From Methanocaldococcus sp. 28A (GTDB lineage: Archaea; AGJL01; Methanococci; Methanococcales; Methanocaldococcaceae), in NCBI GenBank assembly GCA_049852185.1, contig CP187540.1: a DNA stretch of 64,000 nt. One strand, 5' to 3'. This document shows, in pieces, positions 10,120 through 21,037 of the stretch; position 1 is the stretch's first letter; each line of letters starts with the position of its first letter. The position numbers were made by a program, and so were the translations under genes. The notes under the pieces were generated by a model, which did no database searches, was not told the DNA's origin, and saw only the letters and a list, made by a program, of their open reading frames with translations.

Positions 10120-11259
10120 TTATTGTTTATTCTTATCTTCTACTTTATTTACTAAATATGGAACTTCATCTTTTTTAAATATCTTAACTTTATCCCCCTC
10201 TTTAATCTCTACATCTTCAATATTATCAAACTCATAAACTTCATAGCTTTTATCATCCATAACCATAATGTTTGGTGTAGTTGCTATAACTGTTGCTGTA
10301 TCTAATTCATCATTCTTTTTTGCCATTTTTGTTTCCTTCTCTGCAATATGCCAAGCTAATCCGATTTTTTCTCTTTTATAATCGATAGATTTCATATAAA
10401 CCTTATCTTCAGTTATTGCAGTAACCAAGTAGTATTTATCTTTATACTCTACAACATCTCCAACTTTATATTCAGGAATCCTTACAGAAACTGTAACTCT
10501 ATAAAGCTCTTTTCCACTATCTCTATCAACTCCAACTAATGTTGCAGTCTCTGTAATCTTTCCTCCATATCTTTCTTTAATTTTTTGAGCAACATTTCTT
10601 GCAGCTCCAACTGAACCTATCTGATAGTCTAATCCCTCTTTTTGTGGAATGAATTTTGCTATGAATGCCATTCTGTCTTTTTTTAGTCTTTTAGCTAACT
10701 CTTCTCTAACAAAGTTATCTAACTCTTCTCTTTCTTCTTTAGTTAAATATCTATTCATTGCTCTAACTTGTAATGTTGCTTCGTAATAGTTAGACATAAA
10801 TCTTGAACATCTTGGACATTGAACCATCCTTAAATGCACTTCAATATCTTTTTCATAAATTCTATCTTCTTTCTCTCCTGGCAATCTTCCCTTAGCTACA
10901 ATATGAACTGGAATAATTAACTTACTTCTCTTTCCTCCAGGAAGTTGGGTAACTTTAGGGTAAATTTCAACATCTACCATAACACTTTTCTTTTTAATAG
11001 CATCTTTTGTTGCGTAATATGCAATTTCATTTAATATCTCAAATGCTTCTTCACTCTTAGGTGTTTGCCATATCTTTCTTTTGTAAGAACCACACATATG
11101 GCAAACTTCTATCTCAACTCTCTCTGGAACTTCAATTAATGGATGTTCTTGAGCATAGCAAACAGGACAAAGCCCATCTATAAGCTCATCCTCTGCCCCA
11201 CATCTGTAACAGAATCCTCTAATCTTCATAATCTCACCTCGAACACAACTTATATACAA
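10120..11259 (-). CDS. nmd3: NMD3-family ribosome biogenesis protein
   Basis: Four CxxC pairs and YYEATLQVR. True start may be MKIRGFC. Confidence 0.88.
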   Translation of the reverse strand: MYISCVRGEIMKIRGFCYRCGAEDELIDGLCPVCYAQEHPLIEVPERVEIEVCHMCGSYKRKIWQTPKSEEAFEILNEIAYYATKDAIKKKSVMVDVEIYPKVTQLPGGKRSKLIIPVHIVAKGRLPGEKEDRIYEKDIEVHLRMVQCPRCSRFMSNYYEATLQVRAMNRYLTKEEREELDNFVREELAKRLKKDRMAFIAKFIPQKEGLDYQIGSVGAARNVAQKIKERYGGKITETATLVGVDRDSGKELYRVTVSVRIPEYKVGDVVEYKDKYYLVTAITEDKVYMKSIDYKREKIGLAWHIAEKETKMAKKNDELDTATVIATTPNIMVMDDKSYEVYEFDNIEDVEIKEGDKVKIFKKDEVPYLVNKVEDKNKQ

Positions 11260-11325
11260 TATTTTATCAATATTTTATAATTAAAATATTAATATTAAAA
11301 TTAAGTTATAATTAAAGGCGAAAAA

Positions 11326-11600
11326 ATGAATATTTCAGAAGGATTAAAATTTTCTATGAAAGATAAAGATTGGACTAAAAAAGTCCTTATTTGGGGTTAT
11401 TAAATATTGTCCCAATTGTAAATATTATAAGCATGAGATATTCATTAGAAACTAATGAAATTAATTATATATAAATGAAAATACACTTCCAGAATATCCA
11501 GAATAGGATAATTTAGTTTCTAAGTTTATAAAAGGTTTGTTGAGTGTTATAATAAGCTGTAATAAAATAAATAATAATATTAATATTTATAGCTTTGTTA
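11326..11600 (+). pseudogene. Decayed DUF4013-like membrane protein gene
   Basis: Reads MNISEGLKFSMKDKDWTKKVLI / GLLNIVPIVNII / LPEYPE across several frameshifts and stops. Confidence 0.55.
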
Positions 11601-11660
11601 AATGCTGATGAAAGTATTAATTCATCCTTAATAAATAATTTATTTTTTAAAGGTGGGATT

Positions 11661-12740
11661 ATGAAATTTTTCAACAGAAAGAAAGAAATTAACGAAATCC
11701 TGTCCATTTTAGAAAGAGAGCCTGATGATATTTACTTTGTATTTGGACCTATAAACAGTGGAAAGACAGCATTAATTAATGAAATAATAACTAACAGGTT
11801 AGATAAAAATAAGTATGTAGTATTTTACTTTGATTTGAGAGAGATATTTTTATCGAAGTATGAAAACTTTATAGAGGTTTTGTTTGAATAATACAGTGAA
11901 GATAAAAAACCATTAGATTTAATCAAAAGGATTATTAAAGATATTCCAGTTGTTAGTGGTATTCCAGTGCCAAAGAATACCTTAAACGAACTATTGAATA
12001 AAAAAACTACTAAAAATGTTTTTAAATATATAACAAATATTTTATTGGAGTTAAAAAAGCAAGGAAAGCAACCAGTTATAATTATTGACGAATTACAAAA
12101 AATTGGAGATTTAAAAATAAATGGGTTTCTAATTTATGAACTTTTTAACTATTTTATTTCTTTAACTAAACATAAACACCTATGCCATGTTTTTTGCATC
12201 TCATCAGATAGTTTATTTATAGAGAAGGTTTATCATGAGGCCATGCTTACTGGTAGAGCAAAATACCTATTAGTTGATGATTTTGATAAAGAAACTGCCT
12301 TAAAGTTTATTGACTTCTTAGCTAATGATATATTAAATAAAAATCTTTCTAATGAAGAAAAAGAATTAATTTATTCTTATGTTGGTGGAAAACCAAAGGA
12401 TATAAAATATGTCGTTGGGGAGAGTAAGTTTAAAAATTTAAAAGAGATTTTGGACTTGAGGATAAAAGAAGAAATTCAAAAACTAAAAAACTTTATAAAA
12501 GATTTAAATTATGTAAAACCAAAAATAAAAATTGAAACTGAAGTTATAGAAATTAAAAAAGAAGAAATAATAAATGCTTTAAAATTGTTTAAAAATAATT
12601 ATGAAATTAGTGATGATTCAATAGATAAGCCAATTTATATTTATTTGGTTAAAAAGAACATTTTATTTTTAAATCCTATTGATGGGACTTTAAAACCACA
12701 GAGTTATTTAGTTTGGAACGCTATAAAGAGAATTTTATAA
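11661..12740 (+). pseudogene. Methanocaldococcus-type archaeal ATPase (AAA/STAND-like) with an in-frame nonsense codon
   Basis: MKFFNRKKE, Walker A GPINSGKT and Walker B IIIDELQ are in one frame, interrupted by TAA at 11889-11891. Confidence 0.85.
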
Positions 12741-12864
12741 AAGACATAATTAATACGCAATGATAAAAGTCTTTTAACTAAGAATGACATTGAAAAGTTT
12801 GAGAAAAGGCATGAGACGTTTAGAAGATGATAAAAAATTTTATATATTTAAGTTGAAAAAATAA

Positions 12865-13626
12865 TTAATTAATAATCTTAATCTCATCCAAATAATCAAC
12901 ACCTAACAACTTTGAAGCGTTGTCCATAAACTTAGATATCTCTAAGAATCCTTCACTATTTATTAAACATATAAAGTTATTTCCCCCTTCAAAGTATGAT
13001 TTAACAAACTTACATTTAATTACTTTATCTCCATTTTTTGTTTTTATTTTAATTAAAACCTCATCATAAATATCAAAATCTATTTCATCAGCTCTAATAT
13101 TGGTTATTATATTTCCAAATCTATCTATGTGTATAACTCTCTTTTTTTCAGTATTTAATTTAACTATATCACTTAGCTCCTCTCCATCATAGCTGTTATT
13201 AATTAAAATTTCAGCCCCTACAACGGCATACACATCTCTCCCATGAAATGTTGAAGATGGTTTATATTTGCTCTCATCAATTTTAATAATTCTTTTTATT
13301 CCTAATTTTTCAGACACATAAGTGAATAATCCATTATCAGGCCCAACTAAATAATGTCCATTTTTTGTTTCAATAACGATTGAATTCCTTTCACTACCAA
13401 CTGTTGGGTCTATAACTGCAACATGAACTGATGGTGGAAAATATGGAATAGCAGTTAGTAATATATAAGCCCCATGATAGATATTGAACGGTTTTATTTC
13501 ATGGCAAATATCAATTATTTTTGCGTCTTTATTATGTTTTTTTAAAATATCTAAAATCCTACCTTTTATTGCCCCAACATATCCCTCACAATTTCCAAAA
13601 TCTGTTGTTAAAGTTATTATATCCAT
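12865..13626 (-). CDS. SAM hydroxide adenosyltransferase (DUF62 / chlorinase-fluorinase family)
   Basis: ITLTTDFG, VIDPTVGSER, GPDNG and STFHGRDV motifs. Confidence 0.93.
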   Translation of the reverse strand: MDIITLTTDFGNCEGYVGAIKGRILDILKKHNKDAKIIDICHEIKPFNIYHGAYILLTAIPYFPPSVHVAVIDPTVGSERNSIVIETKNGHYLVGPDNGLFTYVSEKLGIKRIIKIDESKYKPSSTFHGRDVYAVVGAEILINNSYDGEELSDIVKLNTEKKRVIHIDRFGNIITNIRADEIDFDIYDEVLIKIKTKNGDKVIKCKFVKSYFEGGNNFICLINSEGFLEISKFMDNASKLLGVDYLDEIKIIN

Positions 13627-13649
13627 TTTTTCACCAAAAAAGGATATTT

Positions 13650-15269
13650 TTATTTTATTTCAACTTTTGCATTTAAAAAGACCGGTCCCCTAACATCTAT
13701 AACTTTGTTTTCTCCCATTATCTGTTTTAAAGCCAACTCATCAACTTTTAAGTTTATATCACTTAAACTCCTAACTATTGGAACTCTGAACTTAAATTCA
13801 TCTACATTAGAAACTAAAGCTTCTTCAATCTTAGCAACCAATTTGTAGATAATTCCATCTATGTATCTAATGTTTGTAGAAACTCCTTCTTCCTTAGCTT
13901 TCTTTAAAATTGGGATATACTGCTCTTTAACTCCTTCATAAGTTGGAGGAATACCATAGATATTTCCATCATAGACATAAACTTCATTTAATACTGAAGG
14001 TCCTAAAAGCTTTTTATTTGGTTCATTCTCAAATATTTCAACCTTAATTACTCTTTTTACTCCATTAAAGTTAAACTCTTTTTTAACTTCAATAGAACAT
14101 GGGCTTTCCTTATCTTTGTTGGCTATACAAATATCAATAAGCTCATTGGCAAAATTATAGAGCTCATCTAATATAGGAACTTTATCTATCTTAATCATTC
14201 CAGCTATATCTCTATCACTAAGTTTATATTCATAAAATTGAGGATAAACCATTGCCCTAACATCTTCATAGCCGTAAATAATCATTGCCAATCTCTCAAC
14301 TCCCAACCCAAGGTTCATAACTGGCACATCAATGTTGTATTTGGCTAAGGCAATTGGTGAATAAACTCCAAAAGTTGCTACTTCAATCCACTCTCCTAAT
14401 TTTGGATGATATGCATAAACTTCTGTTTGAGTCTCTGGAGTATAGTATTTACTCTTTTTCTCATCTGGCTTGAACCTAAATTTTGTAAATCCAAACTGCT
14501 CTAACAATCCTTCAGCAACGATTTTTCCATCATCTATACTAACATCTTCACCAACAACAACACATGATGCGGAGTGATAAGTCATTAAATGGCTTCTATC
14601 TTCTTTTTGTTCTCTCCTAAAGCATCTATCTATAGAGAATAGCTTTAAAGGCAGTTTTCTCTTTTTTATTAGATGGCTTAAAGTTATAAACCATCCAGAA
14701 GTCATGTGACTTCTTAAAGTTAATGTTGATGCCTCAGGTTTTAAATCCTTAAATTCAGGAAATGCAGTTTCTAAAACCTTTAAACCCATCTCGTTACTTA
14801 CATTTAACGCCTTAGCCATCTCGAAAACCAAATCATCCCCATCTATAGCTCCTTTCTTATATAAGTGAAGAACTTCCCTTAAACTTTCTTTCTTTTCCTC
14901 ATCTATATCTATACCTAATTTCTTTATAATTTCAACTTTATCATTACCTAAACCTACATCAGGTCTTGGCAATCCAGCTAAGTAAAAACATCTATCTAAA
15001 ACAGCCATAGCTTCTGGCCCAAATTGCTTGTAAATCTCTAATTCATCAACAATGACTGGATTAATCATCTCTTCAAATCCCATTCTTAAATATGCCTGCC
15101 TTAATTTTTCTATTGTTTCCATTACAGGATGAGGTTTTCCATAAATTGGCTTAATTCTTGGATACTTATCATCTATATGTTTATCTTTAATTAATGCCTT
15201 AGTCTCTCTCCAAGCCTTTTCAAAATCTTTCTCCGCTAAATCTAAAACCTTTTTTATATCAAATCTCAT
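13650..15269 (-). CDS. sepS: O-phosphoseryl-tRNA(Cys) synthetase
   Basis: TLRSHMTSGWF, IDRCFRREQ and NLGLGVERLAM motifs, 539 aa. Confidence 0.96.
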   Translation of the reverse strand: MRFDIKKVLDLAEKDFEKAWRETKALIKDKHIDDKYPRIKPIYGKPHPVMETIEKLRQAYLRMGFEEMINPVIVDELEIYKQFGPEAMAVLDRCFYLAGLPRPDVGLGNDKVEIIKKLGIDIDEEKKESLREVLHLYKKGAIDGDDLVFEMAKALNVSNEMGLKVLETAFPEFKDLKPEASTLTLRSHMTSGWFITLSHLIKKRKLPLKLFSIDRCFRREQKEDRSHLMTYHSASCVVVGEDVSIDDGKIVAEGLLEQFGFTKFRFKPDEKKSKYYTPETQTEVYAYHPKLGEWIEVATFGVYSPIALAKYNIDVPVMNLGLGVERLAMIIYGYEDVRAMVYPQFYEYKLSDRDIAGMIKIDKVPILDELYNFANELIDICIANKDKESPCSIEVKKEFNFNGVKRVIKVEIFENEPNKKLLGPSVLNEVYVYDGNIYGIPPTYEGVKEQYIPILKKAKEEGVSTNIRYIDGIIYKLVAKIEEALVSNVDEFKFRVPIVRSLSDINLKVDELALKQIMGENKVIDVRGPVFLNAKVEIK

Positions 15270-15286
15270 TTTATCATCCCTTAATT

Positions 15287-15435
15287 TTAATCAATTTTAA
15301 TTACTTCTAATATTTCTCTGAAACTTTAATAAAGTTTCATCAAAGCTAACACCTCCGAGCATAAGCGAGGAGTTGTAAATATCCACCTTTTTATTATCCC
15401 TGTTAGTCAATTTTAATTACTTCTAATATTCCTCT
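15287..15435 (-). repeat. Hairpin cassette (15320-15402) flanked by a 33-nt direct duplication
   Basis: 15287-15319 and 15403-15435 differ at 2 positions. The insert has gaaactttaataaagtttc and an acacctcc...gaggagttgt module. Confidence 0.85.
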
Positions 15436-15725
15436 AATTGCCAACAAATCTAATTTACTTTGTGGTTTTAAAATACCTTCTTCAATATTTACAAACAAAA
15501 TGTTTTTCTTAACACTCCAGACAATCTCATCAGTTATTTTTTTATTAAAATATTTCATCATTGTTTTTAAAGTTTTCAAATAACTTAATAACTCTTCTAA
15601 ATAAATCTTTATCTTCATCCTCTAAAGAATATATTAAGTCCATTAACTGCCTTTTTCTAACTCTGAGAGATTTTTCGCAGAATTCTTTAATATCTTCTCC
15701 TAAGATTTTTTCTTGAACTACTTCA
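15403..15725 (-). pseudogene. C-terminal fragment of an archaeal ATPase paralogue
   Basis: VKKNILFVNIEEGILKPQSKLDLLAIR matches the C-terminus of the 11661-12740 paralogue. The 5' part is missing. Confidence 0.75.
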
Positions 15726-15771
15726 TCCTATTAATTATATAAACTACTTAATTATATAAACTACGAAAGTC

Positions 15772-16128
15772 CTATTTTAAGCTAATTAAATCAGGTCTTG
15801 GCTTTTTAAATTTATATTCTTCCCTACAAATATTACAAAGCTCTCTAACTCCAATATTTATTACATCATCACTTCCTGGCAACACTCTAACAAATATCCA
15901 ATCAGCATTTATATCATAATTTTTAGCTAACTCCTCCAATTTATTTAAAATCTTCTCTTTAAATATTTCAACATCATCAATAAAAAGCCCCCTAACAGTT
16001 ATCATTATCCCTACACAAGAGCATCTTGAAGCAAAAACATCCATTTCAGAGATAAAAATTTCTCTACCTAAAAGTTTTATAAAAAACTTCTCAATCTCTT
16101 CCCTATCCTTCAAAATTTTATTTTTCAA
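15772..16128 (-). CDS. Small Cys-containing hypothetical protein (DUF5402-like)
   Basis: SRCSCVG and ELCNIC motifs. Overlaps the U32 gene stop. Its TAG lies within a MITE-B-like end (cgaaagtccta). Confidence 0.7.
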   Translation of the reverse strand: MKNKILKDREEIEKFFIKLLGREIFISEMDVFASRCSCVGIMITVRGLFIDDVEIFKEKILNKLEELAKNYDINADWIFVRVLPGSDDVINIGVRELCNICREEYKFKKPRPDLISLK

Positions 16129-17123
16129 TTTTTCACCTTTAAGGCTTTCTCTGCCAAATCTTTACAGAAATTGCATTTACTACATAATTTATTACATGAT
16201 TTCCAATATTCTATAGCTCCATCCAAAGCCCTATTATCTAAATAATAAAAATGCTCTAACTCTCTTGGGCAATCCAATAATTCCATCAAATTTCCTTCCC
16301 ATTTTTCATTTAAATAAGCATTTAAGGCTCTCTTTATCCATCCAATTGGATGACTTCTTCCAGAAATTTTAAATATATCAACTAAACCTTTATAGTATTT
16401 TAAATCTTCTGGTCTTATGAAAGGGCTTTTTATTATTAGCTCTTTTTTCTTAATTCTTAAATTTATGCATTTGTTATAATAATAATCATCCAACGCAGGA
16501 ACATTTTGAGCATTTGCATGGGAAAAGAAATTGAAATGCTGAATTCTCATAGGGCATTTGTATAAGCAGGATTCATTAACTAAAATTTTTAACTTACAGC
16601 TAACATTCTCTTTAATCTCTTGTATTATATCAAAGTGCCTATTTATTGAGCTGTCTAAGGTTATTGCATAAACCTCTTTTTCATCCCAAAATAGGGCTTT
16701 ATCTAAACTATCAACTAAGGCAATACATGAGACATTAACATCCAATCCATTACTTTTTGCCAAATCAATTAAATAAGGGTCTGATAAGGCAACACTATCA
16801 ACATCTATGTTTTTTAATTGGCTAAATATCCAATTTATATAACTGATACCTTTTAGTGTTAAGTGTATTCCACCAATGCAGGAAGCGTTTATAACTACCT
16901 CAAATCTGATGTTATTTTTCTTTGCATAATTAACTTGCTTAGCTAAATCTTCGAAATTTGGTTTGTATAAAGTTGCTCTTCCAGTTCCTATAAACTCTGG
17001 AAATCCCATATAAACTTCAAAACTTTCCTTTCTTAGCTTTTTATTTATTCTTCTATGTTTATTTATCTCATCTACAATAATTTTTAATGATTCAAAATTT
17101 CCTGGATGTGGAATAGAGAACAA
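16125..17123 (-). CDS. Peptidase U32-family protein (probable Fe-S hydroxylase)
   Basis: LVNESCLYKCP, FKISGR and a C-terminal Cys cluster. TTG start with RBS ggtga. Confidence 0.85.
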   Translation of the reverse strand: MFSIPHPGNFESLKIIVDEINKHRRINKKLRKESFEVYMGFPEFIGTGRATLYKPNFEDLAKQVNYAKKNNIRFEVVINASCIGGIHLTLKGISYINWIFSQLKNIDVDSVALSDPYLIDLAKSNGLDVNVSCIALVDSLDKALFWDEKEVYAITLDSSINRHFDIIQEIKENVSCKLKILVNESCLYKCPMRIQHFNFFSHANAQNVPALDDYYYNKCINLRIKKKELIIKSPFIRPEDLKYYKGLVDIFKISGRSHPIGWIKRALNAYLNEKWEGNLMELLDCPRELEHFYYLDNRALDGAIEYWKSCNKLCSKCNFCKDLAEKALKVKN

Positions 17124-17224
17124 TGGTCATCACCATATAGATTATTTTGTAATTAAAAAAAGAGAAAAATTACTCCTTTTATATCATTTAAATCTCCATT
17201 TATAAATTTACATCTTCTTTGATA

Positions 17225-17257
17225 TTTATATGTGCAAAATATTTTTGGATACCTCCA
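17225..17257 (-). mobile_element. Solo IS481-like terminal repeat relic
   Basis: Reverse complement ggtatccaaaaatattttgcacatataaata resembles the end at 25093. Confidence 0.55.
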
Positions 17258-17691
17258 GCTATAAAATCCTTTTTATAGCGTTCCAAACTAAATAACTCTG
17301 TGGCTTTAAAAAGCTTTAAATTGAATTTAAGTATAAAATATTTCTTTTAATTAAAAATTCTCTAATTTTTTATGGATTTTAGTGTCTTCAATTATGTAAT
17401 TTTAAATAAACTTATAATAATTAACAACTTCTTTATAAAGTTCTTTATTTTCCTCTTTGACATTTTCTAAAAAGTATACATAGTCATGTAAAAATTACAG
17501 CGCAATATTAAACGAAATATGTGCTGGCTGTAAAGTCATACTTTAAAATACTATTCGAGTTATAAAAACTATTTCTATATTATATAGAGAATAATAAATA
17601 TAAAAATAATTTATTCGCTCAAGAATCGAACTTAGGGTTCTTAAATCTCGATTATAAAAAAATTATATACCTTATGACCAAACTCTAAAAG

Positions 17692-19854
17692 TTAAGAAGA
17701 TGTAAAAATGTAATATTGAGCATTTTGTGAGGAATATATTTTATTGGAGTGTAAAAGCATATTGAATATTTCTGGAGTTTTAATTGGCAATTCTTCTTTC
17801 TGCCCTCTACCAATAGGGATTACCATAAAATTCAGTTTTTTATTTTCAATATTCCACGATCCTAAGAACAAATAATAACCATATGATGTCTTTTTAGGTT
17901 GTACTATGTTGTTTTCTGAATTTATCAGGAGCATGTGATTGTCTACAGATTGTCCGAGTAATCCTAAAAATAAGGGAACCCTATCGAAATCAGCATAGAT
18001 TGAATTATTATTTTTGTATTCTTTTATCCACAATCCAGCCATAATCTCAGAATTAGTCCATCTCGCACATGATACTTCTTTTCCAAGATATCCAGGATAT
18101 GGTGGATCATTTGCAACTTTATATATTAAACCTGAAGTAAATACCAAATAAATTACCAAAAATACTGTGAAAAACTTTAAAATTACTTGGTTGTTTAGTT
18201 GTATTTTGGTAACTTTTTGTAAAAATCTAAAAACGGCGATATAACCAATGACCTCAAACGGGGCTAAAAAGAATAAAGTAAGCTGATAAAGTCTTGAAGC
18301 ATTTAGAGCATTTGCAAAGTATGGAACTACAATACCTGCTACATCATATGCAAACCAAACAAAAGTTAATGCAACATATTCTTTATTAATTTTTGTTTTT
18401 TTATAATTAAAGAATAACCATAAAATACCTATACCAATAAACCCTTGAGTAATTAAATAGATATACTTACCTATGTTATGTAATAGTGAGAGATGTCTAA
18501 TAATGAAGTAAAACCCTTGAGCTTTAGGTGTAAATACATCATAAATTGAGTTTAAGATAATATTTCCAGTTTGAACAATAGTATCAAACACAGAAGAGCG
18601 TGAAACTAAAATGTGATATAATAGGGTTATTATAATAAATATAATAATACATCTTCCATTAAGCAATAGTTCTTTTTTTTCTTCAGGATATAGAATTGAG
18701 TAAACAATCCATCCTATGATTAGTGATATTATAAATAGCCAGACGGTTCCATAATGGGATATAACTAAACCAAATCCAAACATTATCAGAAAAATTTTTT
18801 TTGTATTGTAATTTAAATTTCTTGTAAATATTAAAAGTATCAAAAGCATTAAATAAAGTTCAGCAATTTGTTGTCTTGCTACTGCTAACATCTCAATAAA
18901 GAATGTACTTAGAGAAATGAAAAAAAATGTTGCTAAAAAGGACTCTTTTTTTCTTAAGAAGTAGCAGTATGTTCTGTATAATCCAACTGGAACTAATGAA
19001 AATATGAGAGGATATATTATTTTGAAAACCATAATTTGACTAAGATTAAGAAAAATTGAGTATATAGGATTTAAAAGTACTACACTTAAAACAGAATTAT
19101 AATTATTTAATACTACATTTGGATCCCAATATCCATGTGTTAAAACCAAATGAGCTAAGTAGTATTCACCATTAATATCATATCCCCAAATGTAATTCCA
19201 TGATGTCCCAAAATCAGATACATAAAGTAAAGATATTGTTAAAATCCAAATAGTCCATGTTAGATATCTTGTTTTTTTACTATATATTACATATATTGGA
19301 ATAATAATAATTAACAAGAATGTTAGCATAATTAATGAAGAATCTCCAGTAATATTGAAAAAGTATGCACTACCTATTCCTAATATTGGTAGAATTAATA
19401 AACCTAAGACATACGGATTTAATATATCTTTAAATAGAATTAGATTCATATTGTTTTTATTATTAATATATGTCTTGTCCTTAAAGTATGCTAATATTAG
19501 AAATAAAATAAATGTAATGTTAAATGTAATTAAAAGTGGTATAAGAGATATTGGACGTTTAATACCAATCATTGGATAAAAAATGTCCATAAATAAACCT
19601 ATTATCATAATATACAATAAACTTAAACCTGTAGCGAAGAGTAATGCTTCAATCCTATCTATTTTATTAATTCTCAGGATTCTTAAAATGGTATATCCTG
19701 GAATAAAAGTCAAAAATAAGAATCCAGTTACCTGTCTTATTATTGGAATGTTCAATCCTATCTCATCAAGTATTATCAACCCATCAAACACTAAAAGTAA
19801 AGAAAGTGAAATTATAACAAATTTTTTAAATCCCCATTCATTTAGACTCAACAT
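17692..19854 (-). CDS. DUF2206-family polytopic membrane protein
   Basis: 720 aa with many TM segments, GYDINGEYY and ARQQIAEL motifs, in a glycosylation cluster. Confidence 0.82.
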   Translation of the reverse strand: MLSLNEWGFKKFVIISLSLLLVFDGLIILDEIGLNIPIIRQVTGFLFLTFIPGYTILRILRINKIDRIEALLFATGLSLLYIMIIGLFMDIFYPMIGIKRPISLIPLLITFNITFILFLILAYFKDKTYINNKNNMNLILFKDILNPYVLGLLILPILGIGSAYFFNITGDSSLIMLTFLLIIIIPIYVIYSKKTRYLTWTIWILTISLLYVSDFGTSWNYIWGYDINGEYYLAHLVLTHGYWDPNVVLNNYNSVLSVVLLNPIYSIFLNLSQIMVFKIIYPLIFSLVPVGLYRTYCYFLRKKESFLATFFFISLSTFFIEMLAVARQQIAELYLMLLILLIFTRNLNYNTKKIFLIMFGFGLVISHYGTVWLFIISLIIGWIVYSILYPEEKKELLLNGRCIIIFIIITLLYHILVSRSSVFDTIVQTGNIILNSIYDVFTPKAQGFYFIIRHLSLLHNIGKYIYLITQGFIGIGILWLFFNYKKTKINKEYVALTFVWFAYDVAGIVVPYFANALNASRLYQLTLFFLAPFEVIGYIAVFRFLQKVTKIQLNNQVILKFFTVFLVIYLVFTSGLIYKVANDPPYPGYLGKEVSCARWTNSEIMAGLWIKEYKNNNSIYADFDRVPLFLGLLGQSVDNHMLLINSENNIVQPKKTSYGYYLFLGSWNIENKKLNFMVIPIGRGQKEELPIKTPEIFNMLLHSNKIYSSQNAQYYIFTSS

Positions 19855-19966
19855 TAAAACCCCTCAACTATTAATATTTTTGAGATATCTTTATATAGAT
19901 TTATGATAAGTAATGATAAATAAACAGATATTAATAGTTTTGTAATAATTATGTTCTGGTGTCTGT

Positions 19967-21037
19967 ATGTATCCACGGGTTTCCATAATAATTTTGAATT
20001 GGAATGGTTGGAAAGATACTATAGAATGTTTAGAATCGCTCTATAAAATAACTTATCCCAATTATGATGTTATTATTGTGGATAATGGATCCAAAGATGA
20101 CTCTATTCAAAAGATAAAAGAGTATGCTGAGGGGAATATCGAGGTTAATTCAAAGTTTTTCAGGTATAACCCAAACAATAAGCCTATTAAGGTTTTCGAG
20201 ATAAGCGAAGATGACGCAAAACAAGGAAAGTTCAATAAACCGGTCTATGAAAAGTTTGATCCTAACAGGCGGATGATTTTGATCAAAAACAATGATAACT
20301 ATGGATATGCTGGTGGAAATAACGTTGGGATAAAATTTGCTTTAAGTGTTTTGGATCCTGATTATGTTTTGCTTTTAAATAATGATACAGTAGTTGATTC
20401 AAACTTTTTAACGGAGCTTGTTAAGGTTGCAGAGAGTGATAAGAATATTGGTATTGTGGGGCCAAAAATTTATTATTATGATTATAAGGGGAGGAGTGAT
20501 GTTATTCAGTATTGTGGTGTAACATTTATTCCAAAGCTATTGCATAAAAAAGTAGTAGGGTATAAGGAAACTCACTACAATCATATTGAACCGGTTTTAA
20601 CCGATGAGGTTCATGGAGCATGTATGCTAATTAAAAAAGACATCTTTTGGAAAGTCGGTTTTCTAGATAACAACTTTTTTGCATATTGGGAGGAAACAGA
20701 CTTTTGTTATAAATCAAGAAGAATGGGGTATAAACTGAAGGTTGTACCAATAGCAGAAATATGGCACAAAACTGGCTCAAATAATCCATCAGAAAAACGA
20801 ATAAGCACTTTTGCAACATATTTATTCGCTAGGAATGCTATTTATTTCATTCGAAATAATTTGAATGGTTTTGATAAATTTATCAGTCTATGTTTTATAT
20901 TTACGATAAATTTTGCTTTTTTAGAGGCTGTTTATTTCATATATTACAAAAAACCCAAAGTAGCTGTTAGTTATTGCTTGGGCTTAATAAATGGCATTTG
21001 GGGGGAGAAAGGAAAACCCAATTTAATGTTTAAGTAA
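19967..21037 (+). CDS. Glycosyltransferase family 2
   Basis: VSIIILNWNG, VDNGSKD, LLLNNDT and YWEETD motifs. Confidence 0.92.
   Translation: MYPRVSIIILNWNGWKDTIECLESLYKITYPNYDVIIVDNGSKDDSIQKIKEYAEGNIEVNSKFFRYNPNNKPIKVFEISEDDAKQGKFNKPVYEKFDPNRRMILIKNNDNYGYAGGNNVGIKFALSVLDPDYVLLLNNDTVVDSNFLTELVKVAESDKNIGIVGPKIYYYDYKGRSDVIQYCGVTFIPKLLHKKVVGYKETHYNHIEPVLTDEVHGACMLIKKDIFWKVGFLDNNFFAYWEETDFCYKSRRMGYKLKVVPIAEIWHKTGSNNPSEKRISTFATYLFARNAIYFIRNNLNGFDKFISLCFIFTINFAFLEAVYFIYYKKPKVAVSYCLGLINGIWGEKGKPNLMFK

Noticed and set aside
17612-17650. Minus-strand GTTCGATTC resembling a tRNA T-loop at the island edge (possible att site)
   Set aside because: Weak stem, no acceptor or anticodon arms, and no partner copy or integrase in the window.
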